The notes beneath the pieces are model-generated. The model was not told where the DNA came from and did not search any database. It saw nothing but the letters and a program-made list of their open reading frames with translations. Shown one piece after another: positions 26,806 to 36,777 of a stretch of DNA of 64,000 nucleotides. The DNA lies in contig JBFMCP010000017.1 in assembly GCA_040754455.1 (NCBI GenBank), positions 1-64,000 of the forward strand. Reading direction: 5' to 3'. Made by a program: the position numbers and the translations under genes. This DNA comes from Nitrospirota bacterium (lineage in GTDB: Bacteria > Nitrospirota > Thermodesulfovibrionia > Thermodesulfovibrionales > Dissulfurispiraceae). Position 1 is the stretch's first letter. Each line of letters starts with the position of its first letter.

Positions 26806-28248
26806 ATGAAATATAAGGCAAAAAACACACTGGTCACGTTCATCATCATCTGCGTTTTGTCAATCGCGCTCGACTTTCTGCCCACATCCTCTGCGCAGGC
26901 GGAGATGTCGAACAAAGAGGCGACGGAGGTCTTATCGAGATTCGGTGAGGCACTCGCAAAGGTTGCCGAACGGGTAAAGCCCGCCGTCGTCAACATCTCG
27001 ACCTCGAGGACGGTCAAGGCACCCCGCCACCCCTTCTTCGATGACCCCGTATTCAGAAAGTTTTTCGGCGACGGCATGCAGAGCCCCCAGCAGCGAAAGG
27101 TCTCGAGCCTCGGCTCCGGCGTCATCGCCACCGCCGACGGCTATATTGTCACCAACAACCATGTCATTGACAATGCCGACGATATCCTGGTCAAGCTTTC
27201 CGATAACAGGGAGTACAAAGGGAAAGTGGTAGGCCTCGATTCCAAAACCGATATCGCGGTCATCAAGATTGAAGAGAAGAACCTTCCCACTATCCCGTGG
27301 GGCAACTCCGACAAGCTGCACGTCGGCGAGATGGTGCTTGCCGTCGGAAACCCTTACAGCCTGAGCCAGACCGTTACCATGGGGATTATCAGCGCCCTCG
27401 GAAGATCGGGATTCGGCATTACAGATTATGAGGATTTCATCCAGACCGATGCCGCGATCAATCCGGGTAATTCAGGCGGAGCGCTGATCAACATCAGGGG
27501 AGAGGTCATCGGCGTCAATACCGCCATATTCAGCACTACCGGCGGCTACCAGGGCGTCGGCTTTGCCATACCTTCCAACATGGTAAAGAGCGTCATGGAC
27601 AGCATCATCAGCCAGGGCAAGGTCGTGAGAGGATGGCTCGGCGTGCAGATTCAGCCCCTTACGCCGGCGCTCTCGAAACAGTTCAAATTGAAGGACGAAA
27701 AAGGCGTGCTGCTCGTCGATGTGGTCGAGGGAGGGCCTGCTGACAAGGGTGGGCTGAAGAGAGGAGATGTCATCACCGAATACGACGGCAAAAAGATCAC
27801 CGATCCCTTCCACTTCAAAAACATGGTCGCCGCAACAAAGCCCGGCGCGGTGGTCCAGGTGAGAGTGATACGGAACGGGAGTCCGCTTACGCTGGGAGTG
27901 ACGATCGGAGAGCTGCCGCTCGAGCCTCAGGTTGCAGCCAACGGTGAGGTGGATAATGCCTTAAAAGGGGTATCGGTACTGGAGCTCACCGATGAAATGC
28001 TCCAGAAAATGAATATCACGAAAAAAATCAAAGGCGTCATTATCAACAGCATTGAGGAAGACAGCCCTGCAGCCGGCATCCTTACCAGAGGGGATATCGT
28101 TCTCGAAGTCAACAGAACCGCTGTCACCAATGTGAAAGAGTACAAGAGTACCGTTGCCGCCATAGAGAAGGGACAGGACGTTCTGGTGCTGATCGTAAGA
28201 GGCGGAATAACGCAGTACATTACCGTCCCTGCACCGGCAGCGAAATAA
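26806..28248 (+). CDS. DegP/HtrA (Do) serine protease with two PDZ domains
   Basis: Signal peptide; TNNHV, TDIAV and QTDAAINPGNSGGAL motifs. Confidence 0.95.
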   Translation: MKYKAKNTLVTFIIICVLSIALDFLPTSSAQAEMSNKEATEVLSRFGEALAKVAERVKPAVVNISTSRTVKAPRHPFFDDPVFRKFFGDGMQSPQQRKVSSLGSGVIATADGYIVTNNHVIDNADDILVKLSDNREYKGKVVGLDSKTDIAVIKIEEKNLPTIPWGNSDKLHVGEMVLAVGNPYSLSQTVTMGIISALGRSGFGITDYEDFIQTDAAINPGNSGGALINIRGEVIGVNTAIFSTTGGYQGVGFAIPSNMVKSVMDSIISQGKVVRGWLGVQIQPLTPALSKQFKLKDEKGVLLVDVVEGGPADKGGLKRGDVITEYDGKKITDPFHFKNMVAATKPGAVVQVRVIRNGSPLTLGVTIGELPLEPQVAANGEVDNALKGVSVLELTDEMLQKMNITKKIKGVIINSIEEDSPAAGILTRGDIVLEVNRTAVTNVKEYKSTVAAIEKGQDVLVLIVRGGITQYITVPAPAAK

Positions 28249-29370
28249 CTAGAGTCCCTCGAGCAGACGAACCATCACCTCGCTGCTCAGGACAAGGCCC
28301 TGCAGGGTGAGGCGCAGATACTGCCCATTGAGTTCCAGAAGGCCGTGGCGGATAAGTTCCCCCACGGCCTTGCTGTCTCGTATTCTCGCTGCTCCGTTCA
28401 ACAGCCGGAGGTCGAGCCCCTCGGTCATTCTCAGTCCGAGGAATATATGCTCTTTGAGCGCATCTTCCACCGAGAGGAGTGTTTCTTCACCCACAGGAAT
28501 GCTGCTTCTATTGAGCTCTTCAATGTAGCGCTCGGCATTGCTTATGTTGGCGATACGTTTTCCCTCAAAGAAGGAGTGTGCCGCAGCCCCGATGCCGAGA
28601 TAGTCACCTCGTTTCCAGTAATTCATATTATGTTTGCAGGCCCGCCCCGGCAGTGCAAGGTTCGATATCTCATAATGGAGATACCCGTGCCTCTTAAGAA
28701 GCTCGAGCCCCTCATAGTACATTTCGGCGATCTCATCGTCGGAAGGAAGGACGGTCTCATGTCGCCGGATGTGCTCCCAGAGGGGCGTCTCTCTTTCAGG
28801 AGTAAGCTCGTAGGTCGAGAGATGTTCCGGAGCGCACGAAAGGGCATGCGTAAGTGTGCGTTTCCATGCCGCAAGGGTCTGTCCAGGGATGCCGTAGATC
28901 AGATCAAGGGAAATAGTGTCGAACCCCGCTTTTCGTGCGGCCCGGACTGCATCTACGGCATGTTGGGATGTGTGGCACCTGCCGAGCAGCTTCAGCTCAC
29001 GATCATCGAGGGATTGCACCCCTATGCTGATCCTGTTGATGCCGGCACTGCGCAGATGAAGAAGCTTCTTTTCAGAGACGGTTCCGGGATTCGCTTCAAT
29101 GGTAATCTCCGCATCGGGATAAACCGAAAAGACGGCCTCCACTTTCTCGAGTACCACCACCATCTCATCCTCAGGAAGAAGGGTCGGCGTGCCGCCGCCG
29201 ATATAGATAGTCCTGAGATCTTTCGCCATACCTTCCCTCAGCGCTATCTCTCTGCAAAGGGCCTCGGTGTAAGCGCCTGCGTTTTCCAACGAAAAAGGGA
29301 TCGAATAAAAGTCGCAATAAACACACTTTTTGATGCAGAAAGGGATATGGATATAGAGCGACGTGATCAT
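28249..29370 (-). CDS. hemW: Radical SAM heme chaperone HemW
   Basis: YIHIPFCIKKCVYCDF, GGGTPT, YEISN and HNMNYW (HNxxYW) motifs. Confidence 0.93.
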   Translation of the reverse strand: MITSLYIHIPFCIKKCVYCDFYSIPFSLENAGAYTEALCREIALREGMAKDLRTIYIGGGTPTLLPEDEMVVVLEKVEAVFSVYPDAEITIEANPGTVSEKKLLHLRSAGINRISIGVQSLDDRELKLLGRCHTSQHAVDAVRAARKAGFDTISLDLIYGIPGQTLAAWKRTLTHALSCAPEHLSTYELTPERETPLWEHIRRHETVLPSDDEIAEMYYEGLELLKRHGYLHYEISNLALPGRACKHNMNYWKRGDYLGIGAAAHSFFEGKRIANISNAERYIEELNRSSIPVGEETLLSVEDALKEHIFLGLRMTEGLDLRLLNGAARIRDSKAVGELIRHGLLELNGQYLRLTLQGLVLSSEVMVRLLEGL

Positions 29371-29462
29371 CTGTTTTTATCAGAAGTGCATTCCGAGCAA
29401 CGTACTATGCACAATCATATTTTACATCATTTAGGCCTCTTCCCAGAATTTCCGGACAATGT

Positions 29463-29503
29463 CAGGGAGGGGTGGGAAAAGGAGCTTTAGCGCGCCTCCT
29501 TAG
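29463..29503. repeat. Half copy of the element at 30519-30674; includes an AGGAG..CTCCT hairpin that may terminate the AEC gene
   Basis: 35/41 identity to 30522-30562; the last 24 bp have one mismatch. Confidence 0.75.
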
Positions 29504-29516
29504 AGAATGCTCTGAA

Positions 29517-30455
29517 TTAAAAAGCAAGCATGTTTGCAAGGTGCGCGGCAACAGGCAGGGTAATAAAGGAGAGGAGCGTTGTAGCCACAATGATAAAGGC
29601 TGACAATATGGTATCGAGCTTGAAGCGTGCGGCGACGAGCAGTGATACCACCATAGTAGGCATAGCGCCCTCCATCAGAGATGATGCAAGTGCAGTGTCT
29701 TTGAGTCCGAGCACGCCAGCAGCGATAAAAGATATACAGGGCGCGAGCACCAATTTGGTGACCACTGCCGGAGCAATGATGTAGGCATGGCTCACTTTGG
29801 GCAGGGTAAGCGTAAGACCGATACTGAATATCATCAAAGGAACGACAAGGGCGCCAAACATATCCAGGAACTTCAGGATAAAAGCGGGAAGTGGAACCGC
29901 AAGGACATTCAGCGCCAATCCCAGGGCCAGCCCCCAGAGTGGAGGAAGCGCCGCTACTGTTTTTATGGAATTCCAGAGATCGAACTTCGTCTCCTCACCA
30001 TACCGCGAAGCGACCAGCGCCCCGATGATCCAGAGCAGCGGCGTCCCCGCAAGCAGATCATAAAAGAGCGCATACTTCGCAGCGCTGTAACCGTAGAGAC
30101 CGGTAAGGACGGGGATGCCGAGATACGTGAAGTTGCCGAAAGCGGAAGAGAGGATCAGCACTCCCTTCTCAGCTGGCTTTATCTGCATGCGTCTCCCCAG
30201 TATTGCATACATTCCCAAAGCCATTACGAGTGAAGCGCCGATGGTGATCCATGCAGTAGCAGGGACGAATATCACCTCGCTGTCAATAGTCGAGCTGTAA
30301 ATGACCTTTACACAGAGGGCCGGTAGAAAGATGTTGAGCACCAAGCTGTTGATTGCCGGACGGAGCACTGCGCCGTCGAGCCCGCCAACCTTCAACCTTC
30401 TGAAGAGAAGTCCTGCAACAATCATCAAGCCGAACGATAGAAGGGTATCGTACAT
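29517..30455 (-). CDS. AEC (auxin efflux carrier/malate permease) family transporter
   Basis: About 10 TM helices; FGNFTYLGIP, PPLWG and AMPT motifs. Confidence 0.9.
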   Translation of the reverse strand: MYDTLLSFGLMIVAGLLFRRLKVGGLDGAVLRPAINSLVLNIFLPALCVKVIYSSTIDSEVIFVPATAWITIGASLVMALGMYAILGRRMQIKPAEKGVLILSSAFGNFTYLGIPVLTGLYGYSAAKYALFYDLLAGTPLLWIIGALVASRYGEETKFDLWNSIKTVAALPPLWGLALGLALNVLAVPLPAFILKFLDMFGALVVPLMIFSIGLTLTLPKVSHAYIIAPAVVTKLVLAPCISFIAAGVLGLKDTALASSLMEGAMPTMVVSLLVAARFKLDTILSAFIIVATTLLSFITLPVAAHLANMLAF

Positions 30456-30518
30456 GGAGAATTATATCAAACCTTGCGTATTGGGGAGATATTTTGGAGT
30501 TCATGGAAGGTTAGGAGT

Positions 30519-30674
30519 AGGCAGGAATGGGTGCGGAGAGGAGCTTTATCGCGCCTCCTTAGCTCCCACAAAAGCGTCGCACTCTTGAGAACGCTATTCG
30601 TTACGGAGAAGTGCTCCATATCTCTTCCAATAAATCGCGCATTAGAAAGCTCCTTGGAGTACCCGTTCCTGCCT
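30519..30674. repeat. 156-bp element with long terminal inverted repeats (structured RNA or MITE-like)
   Basis: AGGCAGGAATGGGTGC pairs with GTACCCGTTCCTGCCT, then AGGAGCTTT with AAAGCTCCT, then GCGC with GCGC; small inner hairpins. Confidence 0.7.
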
Positions 30675-30766
30675 TTAATCTTCGCTTCTATGCATCTCCC
30701 CCTTGCATATGTCCTGTATATATCAATCACACAAGATATCATAAAAACCGAGGCGTGTATGACGCC

Positions 30767-31783
30767 CTAGTTATACAGGATATCCCGTTTCACCTCTTTC
30801 AATGTAGAGGTCCCCGTCAGGATCATGGTCTGAATGAGCTCATTTTTCATTTTGTTGAGCAGGAGCGCGACTCCCTCACGGTTGCCGCCGAATGCCCCGA
30901 CTACCAGCGGCCTGCCTACCAGAACTGCATCTGCGCCGAGCGCAATGAACTTGAGCACATCGGCGCCAGTACGGACACCGCCGTCAGCAAAGATCGTGAG
31001 CTTGCCTTTTACCTTCTGAACGATTCCGGAAATCACTTCAGCAGTGCCCGGAGTAAAGTCCATGACACGTCCTCCGTGGTTCGATACGACAATTCCTTTT
31101 GCTCCTGCTTCCACTGCCAGCTCAGCTTCCTTCGGTGTCATGATACCTTTGAGAATAAACGGCAATTTCGTAGCCGAGATCACCTCTTTGAGCTGACCGA
31201 CTGTTTTCGGACTGACCGGCTGGCCTTTCAGTGCCATGGTGATCAGTCCCGCTCCATCGATGTCCATACCGAGCGCCAGAGCACCTGCTGCTTCTGCCTG
31301 ATGGATACGTTTGATGATTTCTTCCTGGCTCCTCGGTTTGATAATAGCAATGCCCTTACCCTTTTGGGCAGCAATTGCCTGTATCCCGCTTTCATACATT
31401 CCTGGTTCTGCACCATCGCCGGTCATACCGACCGTGCCAGCCAGCGTACATCCGGCAATGACCTCATCAATGAACTCCTGCTCCGTCATCTTACCACCCA
31501 TGTTGTAGCTTACCCCTGTCATGGGAGCGGCAAGCACCGGAAGAGAGAGCCGCTCGCCCCATAGGACGATTGAAGTATCAGGTGATGTTACATTATGAAC
31601 GGTCTGCATGTTGAAGCGATACTTTGCAAGCGATTCAATATTAGCTCTGAAGCCGCTGCCGGTACCGGCCCCCCCCATGCCGGGCACTTCACCGGAACAG
31701 ACACGGCCGTCGCACACAGGACAGACCCTGCAGTAGCCTTGAAGCCTTTCTTTCGCATTTTTCTTTACGGTCGCTAAATCCAT
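30767..31783 (-). CDS. FMN-dependent alpha-hydroxy-acid oxidase/dehydrogenase
   Basis: LAAPMTG, ILKGI, VSNHGGR, DGGVRTG and VGRP motifs; N-terminal CRVCPVCDGRVC. Confidence 0.92.
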   Translation of the reverse strand: MDLATVKKNAKERLQGYCRVCPVCDGRVCSGEVPGMGGAGTGSGFRANIESLAKYRFNMQTVHNVTSPDTSIVLWGERLSLPVLAAPMTGVSYNMGGKMTEQEFIDEVIAGCTLAGTVGMTGDGAEPGMYESGIQAIAAQKGKGIAIIKPRSQEEIIKRIHQAEAAGALALGMDIDGAGLITMALKGQPVSPKTVGQLKEVISATKLPFILKGIMTPKEAELAVEAGAKGIVVSNHGGRVMDFTPGTAEVISGIVQKVKGKLTIFADGGVRTGADVLKFIALGADAVLVGRPLVVGAFGGNREGVALLLNKMKNELIQTMILTGTSTLKEVKRDILYN

Positions 31784-31853
31784 TGCTATCTCCCCTTATT
31801 TTATTGAATGATTTAAGTAACTCGCTTACTGAGTATTCTTTTGTACATACGCC

Positions 31854-32063
31854 TTAGCCCTCGAACTCCCACGGGCACTGAGGGCACCGTATCCTCACAA
31901 TGAAACCGATAAACTTTTTCTTCACCATTTCATGCTCAAGAGTGCACCCGCAGTCAAAACATAGAAAAGGTCCCGCCGTTCTTCCCGTCCTGTAGGAGTT
32001 CTTGATTTGTGCGACAAGTTGGTAAAGTCTTTTCTCTGGTAGATCAAAATTGCAGCAGCCCAT
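31854..32063 (-). CDS. Small Cys-rich protein, probable zinc ribbon
   Basis: 69 aa with MGCC, CFDC and CPQC; no clear SD. Confidence 0.6.
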   Translation of the reverse strand: MGCCNFDLPEKRLYQLVAQIKNSYRTGRTAGPFLCFDCGCTLEHEMVKKKFIGFIVRIRCPQCPWEFEG

Positions 32064-32075
32064 AGTGATTTCATA

Positions 32076-32121
32076 AAAGAGGAGAGAGTGCCGTACTGCT
32101 CATGCGCACCCTCTCCTCTTC
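32076..32121 (-). terminator. Intrinsic terminator after cstA
   Basis: Minus strand AAGAGGAGAGGGTGC-loop-GCACTCTCTCCTCTT (15 bp, one G-U) followed by U residues. Confidence 0.75.
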
Positions 32122-32130
32122 CTCTGTACT

Positions 32131-33942
32131 TTACTCTTCGACTACTTCGAGCACCGGATCGCCGTACTTGTCCAGTACAAGCCGTTTAACCTGCAGCAGC
32201 TCGAACCACCGTTTGAAGGCCGCTATGAAAACGATGGCCATGAGCGCCATAATAATGATCGAAAGTATCGCGAGCAGATATTTCTCCTTGGGAAGATAAT
32301 TGACCGTAACGTTCAGGTATCCCGCATACATGGTGATGAATGACATGGCGAGTCCCGGTATCGCGGTTATCCAGGCATACTTTGCCTTTCCCATGCGAAT
32401 GAGCATCGTCGTGCAGATGATCAAGGCGCTCGATGCAAGGAGCTGGTTGCTCATGCCGAAGAGCGGCCATATGGTCGAGATATCGCCGGTGTACACAAGA
32501 TAGCCCCAGGAACCGGTGAAGAGAAAGCTGGTTATGACAATGCCAGGCATCCATCTCTTTTCGAGGAATTTCGGAAAGAGCTTGCCGACCATCTCCTGAA
32601 GGAGGAACCTTCCTACTCTCGTGCCGGTATCAACTGCTGTCAGAATAAATACCGCTTCGAACATAATGGCGAAGTGATACCAGTACGACATCAATCCTTT
32701 CATAAAGGGAATAGAACCGAAGACATACGCCATACCGACGGCGAGCGAAACAGCACCGCCCGGCCTTCCCTGAATCTTTTCGCCGACTTCAGCGGAGAGC
32801 ATCGGCAGATTGACTGTTGCCATGCCGAGCTTTTCGAATGCCGCCGGCGGGGTGTTGATGGCAAAGTAGTCTGCAGGAACGAGAACACACGCAGCGATAA
32901 GGGCCATAATCGCTACGAAACCTTCAACGAGCATTGCACCGTAGCCGATGAAGAGGATATCCCGCTCATTGCCCACCATTTTAGGCGTTGTTCCGGTACC
33001 GATGATAGCATGGAACCCGGACAGCGCGCCGCAGGCGATCGTGATAAAGACAAAAGGAAATACGGCGCCCGGAATAATCGGTCCGCCGCCACTTATGTAC
33101 TTGGTGAGGGGCGGCATGAGCAGCGTGGGCTGCACAACAAAAATACCAGCCGTCAGCATTATGATGGTTCCGATCTTAAGATAGGTCGAGAGATAGTCCC
33201 TCGGGCAGAGCAGCAGCCACACGGGAAGCACCGAGGCAACGAATCCGTAGATCGGAATGATGATCGATATCTGTTTTTTGGAAAGGGAGAATATTGATGC
33301 CAGCGCCGGATTTGCTGCAACATACGGACCGACGAGCACTGTCAGAGCGAGCAGCACAACTCCCATGATACTTGCCCCTTTCACGTCGCCGGGCCTTATT
33401 TTGTACATATAAACACCCATCATGAATGCAATGGGCATAGTGGAAAAGACGGTAAACGTACCCCAGACACTTTCGAACATGGCGTTCACGACCGCAATCG
33501 AAAGTCCTGCAAGCGTAAGGATGAGGATGAAGAGAAAGGCGAATGAAGCAACGTTACCGGTAACCTTCCCGATCTCGCTTTCGGCAATCTTCGAGAGGCT
33601 TTGCCCTTTATGCCGCACCGAAGCGAAGAGCACTACCATATCGTGGACCGCACCGGCAATAACAGTGCCGATGATGATCCAGAGCGCACCGGGCAAGAAG
33701 CCGAACTGCGCTGCGAGAACCGGACCGAGGAGCGGGCCTGCTGCGGCGATCGCCGCAAAGTGGTGTCCGAAGAGGACATACTTATTGGTTTTGTGGTAGT
33801 CATGCCCGTCTGCCATGACAACCGCCGGAGTCGACCTTTCCGATCTCAGGTTCAACACCTTATTGGCGATGAAGAGACCGTAGTACCGGTAGGCGATTGC
33901 AAAGACGCATAAGGCGACAAACACCAACGTCAAAGCGTTCAT
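32131..33942 (-). CDS. cstA: Carbon starvation CstA-family transporter (BtsT/YjiY-like)
   Basis: FGHHFAAIAAAGPLLGP, PRDYLS, ITIACGALSGFH and WPLFGMSNQLLA motifs; start 33942 with SD. Confidence 0.95.
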   Translation of the reverse strand: MNALTLVFVALCVFAIAYRYYGLFIANKVLNLRSERSTPAVVMADGHDYHKTNKYVLFGHHFAAIAAAGPLLGPVLAAQFGFLPGALWIIIGTVIAGAVHDMVVLFASVRHKGQSLSKIAESEIGKVTGNVASFAFLFILILTLAGLSIAVVNAMFESVWGTFTVFSTMPIAFMMGVYMYKIRPGDVKGASIMGVVLLALTVLVGPYVAANPALASIFSLSKKQISIIIPIYGFVASVLPVWLLLCPRDYLSTYLKIGTIIMLTAGIFVVQPTLLMPPLTKYISGGGPIIPGAVFPFVFITIACGALSGFHAIIGTGTTPKMVGNERDILFIGYGAMLVEGFVAIMALIAACVLVPADYFAINTPPAAFEKLGMATVNLPMLSAEVGEKIQGRPGGAVSLAVGMAYVFGSIPFMKGLMSYWYHFAIMFEAVFILTAVDTGTRVGRFLLQEMVGKLFPKFLEKRWMPGIVITSFLFTGSWGYLVYTGDISTIWPLFGMSNQLLASSALIICTTMLIRMGKAKYAWITAIPGLAMSFITMYAGYLNVTVNYLPKEKYLLAILSIIIMALMAIVFIAAFKRWFELLQVKRLVLDKYGDPVLEVVEE

Positions 33943-34009
33943 AGATACCCCCTTATACAGATTTTTGTTTAGCATAGATAGATTGTTCGTGCCCTGTAAA
34001 TGAAAAAAC

Positions 34010-34060
34010 GGTGAATGGTCGTATGTGGTGGATGAATGGTTATAGGGGATCGATGAATGA
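34010..34060 (-). promoter_or_regulatory. LytTR-type operator: three direct repeats with 21-bp period upstream of cstA
   Basis: TGAATGG at 34012 and 34033, TGAATGA at 34054 (minus-strand consensus ACCATTCAYC). Confidence 0.8.
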
Positions 34061-34186
34061 CATGCCGCAGACGGATACTTATTTAATGTAACCAGTGAGT
34101 TACAAGCCTAGTAGCATACGAAAAGAACGTAGACGGATAGACATTTTTGAAATGCTCAAGAAGGGGGAACTGAAGCAGGAACAGAA

Positions 34187-34957
34187 CTAAATATTGAAGT
34201 ATTGCTTCAGATCCTTGACCATGTGACGGCTGACGAGCACCTCGGTCTTTTCCTTATCGCTCATCACCAGTTTGTAGCTGCCGTTGAACCAGGGAATGAT
34301 CTCGAGCACATGGCCGGCATTGACAAGGAATCTCCTGTGGGTCCTTATGAACCCACAGGAAATGAGTTTTGATTCGAGCTCCTGGAGTGTTGATTTTGTT
34401 TTGAATTTTCCCTCCTGTGTCACCACTGCAATCTCTCCTTCCAGGCATTGTGCAAAGAGTATCTTTTCAGGGGGAGTGGGGATAATCCGGTCGCCTTTAT
34501 AAAGAGGTATTCTCTTCTGAACATCACAGGGCGCTTTCTCCAACTCCTCTTTTTTCAGCACTTCAGGCGCGCAGTGCGCAGGACGTGCCTCGGTAAGGAA
34601 CTTAGCGGCCTTTGCAACCGACCGCTTGATGCGTTCGAGGGAAAAAGGTTTCAGGACATAATCGAAGGCTTCGGCTTCGAAAGCCTCGAGGGCATATCCC
34701 TCAAAGGCTGTTGCAAAAATGACGAGCGGCTTTTCGGGCACCTCGCGGAGAAAGTGCGTCAGTTCGAGCCCGCTGATTCCGGGCATCTGAATATCCATGA
34801 ATACAATATGCGGTTGCGTCTCCCGGATTCCTTTCAGCCCGAGCGTTCCGTTCGGCGCCTCGCCAACGATCTCTATACCCTCTACTTTCTTGAGGAGATA
34901 CTTGAGCTCTCTTCTCGCCGGCGCCTCATCGTCAATGATAAATGCTTTCAAAGCCAT
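34187..34957 (-). CDS. LytTR-family response regulator
   Basis: IIDDEAPAR, FMDIQMP, DYVLKP, FIRTHR and VSR motifs; start at ATG 34957. Confidence 0.94.
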   Translation of the reverse strand: MALKAFIIDDEAPARRELKYLLKKVEGIEIVGEAPNGTLGLKGIRETQPHIVFMDIQMPGISGLELTHFLREVPEKPLVIFATAFEGYALEAFEAEAFDYVLKPFSLERIKRSVAKAAKFLTEARPAHCAPEVLKKEELEKAPCDVQKRIPLYKGDRIIPTPPEKILFAQCLEGEIAVVTQEGKFKTKSTLQELESKLISCGFIRTHRRFLVNAGHVLEIIPWFNGSYKLVMSDKEKTEVLVSRHMVKDLKQYFNI

Positions 34958-34961
34958 AACA

Positions 34962-36674
34962 TTAGTGCGGTATGGTAAACGAGACAGTAGTCCCCTTGTC
35001 GATCTCGCTTTCAACCAACAAGGTATGCTCTGCCCCATAGAGCGTAGTAAGCCGAGCATTCACATTCTTGAGCGCAATACCGGTCCCGTTCTGATATTCC
35101 TTCTTCGGGATTTCCGAAAAGAGCGACGCAATCTGCTCCGGGGGCATTCCCACACCGTTGTCCGCTACAAACACCCGTACAAAACCGTTATCCCGGTATG
35201 CTCCGATCGTAATTTCTCCGCCCTCTTCTCTCTGGAGAATACCGTGTTTCAATGCATTCTCGACAAGAGGCTGGAGAATCAACGGCGGAACGTCGCAATC
35301 CATCACCCCTCTATCGACCGTGTAGTTCACCTTTATCCGGTCTTCGAACCGCGCCCTCTCCAGCGCTATGTATGCCTTACAGTGCTCGAGCTCTGTCGCA
35401 AGCGGAACATTCTTGTTTCCGGGATTGATATTCTTCCTGAAAAAGTTCGCCAGTTTCAACAGCAGGTCGGAGGCGGTCTCAGGATTGGTGCGGGTGTAAC
35501 TTATGATTGTATTGATCGCATTGAACAAAAAGTGAGGATTGATCTGTGCCTGAAGCGCCCTGATCTCTGCATCGGCAACAAGCTTTCGATGGTGTTCAAT
35601 CTCGGCAAGCTCGAGCTGGTTCGAAAAGAGATGGGCGAGACCGTTGGCAAGCTCCATGTCCAGTGGACTGATTCCTTCCTCTTTCATACGATACAGCTTG
35701 AGAGCGCCGATGGTCTTGTTCCATCGCTTGAGGGGAACGATAATCGCCGAACCGAGCGGGCAGTTCTCATTGCTGCATCCAATTTCGTATCTTGTCATCG
35801 GAACGTGAATACTCCCCGAAACAAGGGCATTCCTCGTTGCCGTCGTAAGAATGGGCGACTCTGCATTGTGGTGATCGCTTCCGGCACCTTTATGAGCAAG
35901 GATCATTGATGCATCCGCAATAGCAACAGCATCGAGATCGGTCATCTCAAGAATAATCTGGGCAGTTTCCGATGCCGACTGGGAATTAAGCCCGTTGCGC
36001 AGAATAGGGAGCGTTCTCAATGCGATTTTCAGTGCAGTTTGCGCCTGGTAGGCGCCCACCCGCTCCTGCTCCTTTGAGACCGACGAGACCAGTTCGATAA
36101 AGACCGCAAGTCCGACGGAATTGACGAAGATCATCGGAAAGCCAATCACTTTTACCAGGCTGAGTGCTGCATCGAACGGTTTTGCGAGGAGGAGGATGAT
36201 CACCATCTGGAGCACTTCGACGACAACTCCTGAAAGGAAAGCGGCGAAAGGATCAAAGGTGTTTTTCTTTATTTTATGGTACAAGAAGCCGCCGGCGAAC
36301 CCTTCAACGATCGTCGCCACTGCACAGGCAAAGGCGGTGAAGCCTCCAATATCTATGAGGTAGCGATGTCCTCCGGCGATAATACCTGCAAAGAGACCGA
36401 CGAGCGGTCCTCCGAGGATACCGCCAAGGGCAACGCCCACCACCCTCGAATTGGCGATAGCATTCTGCACGGGAACTCCCATGTAGGTGCCTGCGATGCC
36501 GAAAAGACCGAAGAGCACCGAAAGGGAGAGCTTCTCGTAGCGTGTTGCCTTACCGGTGAGGAGCTTCTTGAACGCCTCGAACCGCATAATGAAAATAAAG
36601 GCGATAGCGAATACACCCAATCGCTCGAGAAGATGTATAAACAATCCGACCATAGACAATGACTCCTTTATCAC
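34962..36674 (-). CDS. LytS/YehU-family sensor histidine kinase (5TM-LytS, GAF, His_kinase)
   Basis: NAIANSR, LQAQINPHFLFN, LQPLVENALKHG and GIALKNV motifs. The start may be 36653. Confidence 0.94.
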   Translation of the reverse strand: MIKESLSMVGLFIHLLERLGVFAIAFIFIMRFEAFKKLLTGKATRYEKLSLSVLFGLFGIAGTYMGVPVQNAIANSRVVGVALGGILGGPLVGLFAGIIAGGHRYLIDIGGFTAFACAVATIVEGFAGGFLYHKIKKNTFDPFAAFLSGVVVEVLQMVIILLLAKPFDAALSLVKVIGFPMIFVNSVGLAVFIELVSSVSKEQERVGAYQAQTALKIALRTLPILRNGLNSQSASETAQIILEMTDLDAVAIADASMILAHKGAGSDHHNAESPILTTATRNALVSGSIHVPMTRYEIGCSNENCPLGSAIIVPLKRWNKTIGALKLYRMKEEGISPLDMELANGLAHLFSNQLELAEIEHHRKLVADAEIRALQAQINPHFLFNAINTIISYTRTNPETASDLLLKLANFFRKNINPGNKNVPLATELEHCKAYIALERARFEDRIKVNYTVDRGVMDCDVPPLILQPLVENALKHGILQREEGGEITIGAYRDNGFVRVFVADNGVGMPPEQIASLFSEIPKKEYQNGTGIALKNVNARLTTLYGAEHTLLVESEIDKGTTVSFTIPH

Positions 36675-36777
36675 ATTTATTATGAGTCGTGAAGCCGCTC
36701 TCGTGTCAAGCTTTTTTGTTTATCTTTACTCCTCTTTTGGCTATAATTGTTATTGAAATCGCTCCAGGAGGGACGCT

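Noticed and set aside
30467..30742. 91-aa minus-strand ORF across the inverted-repeat element
   Set aside because: No recognisable motif or SD; better explained as a chance frame through the palindrome.
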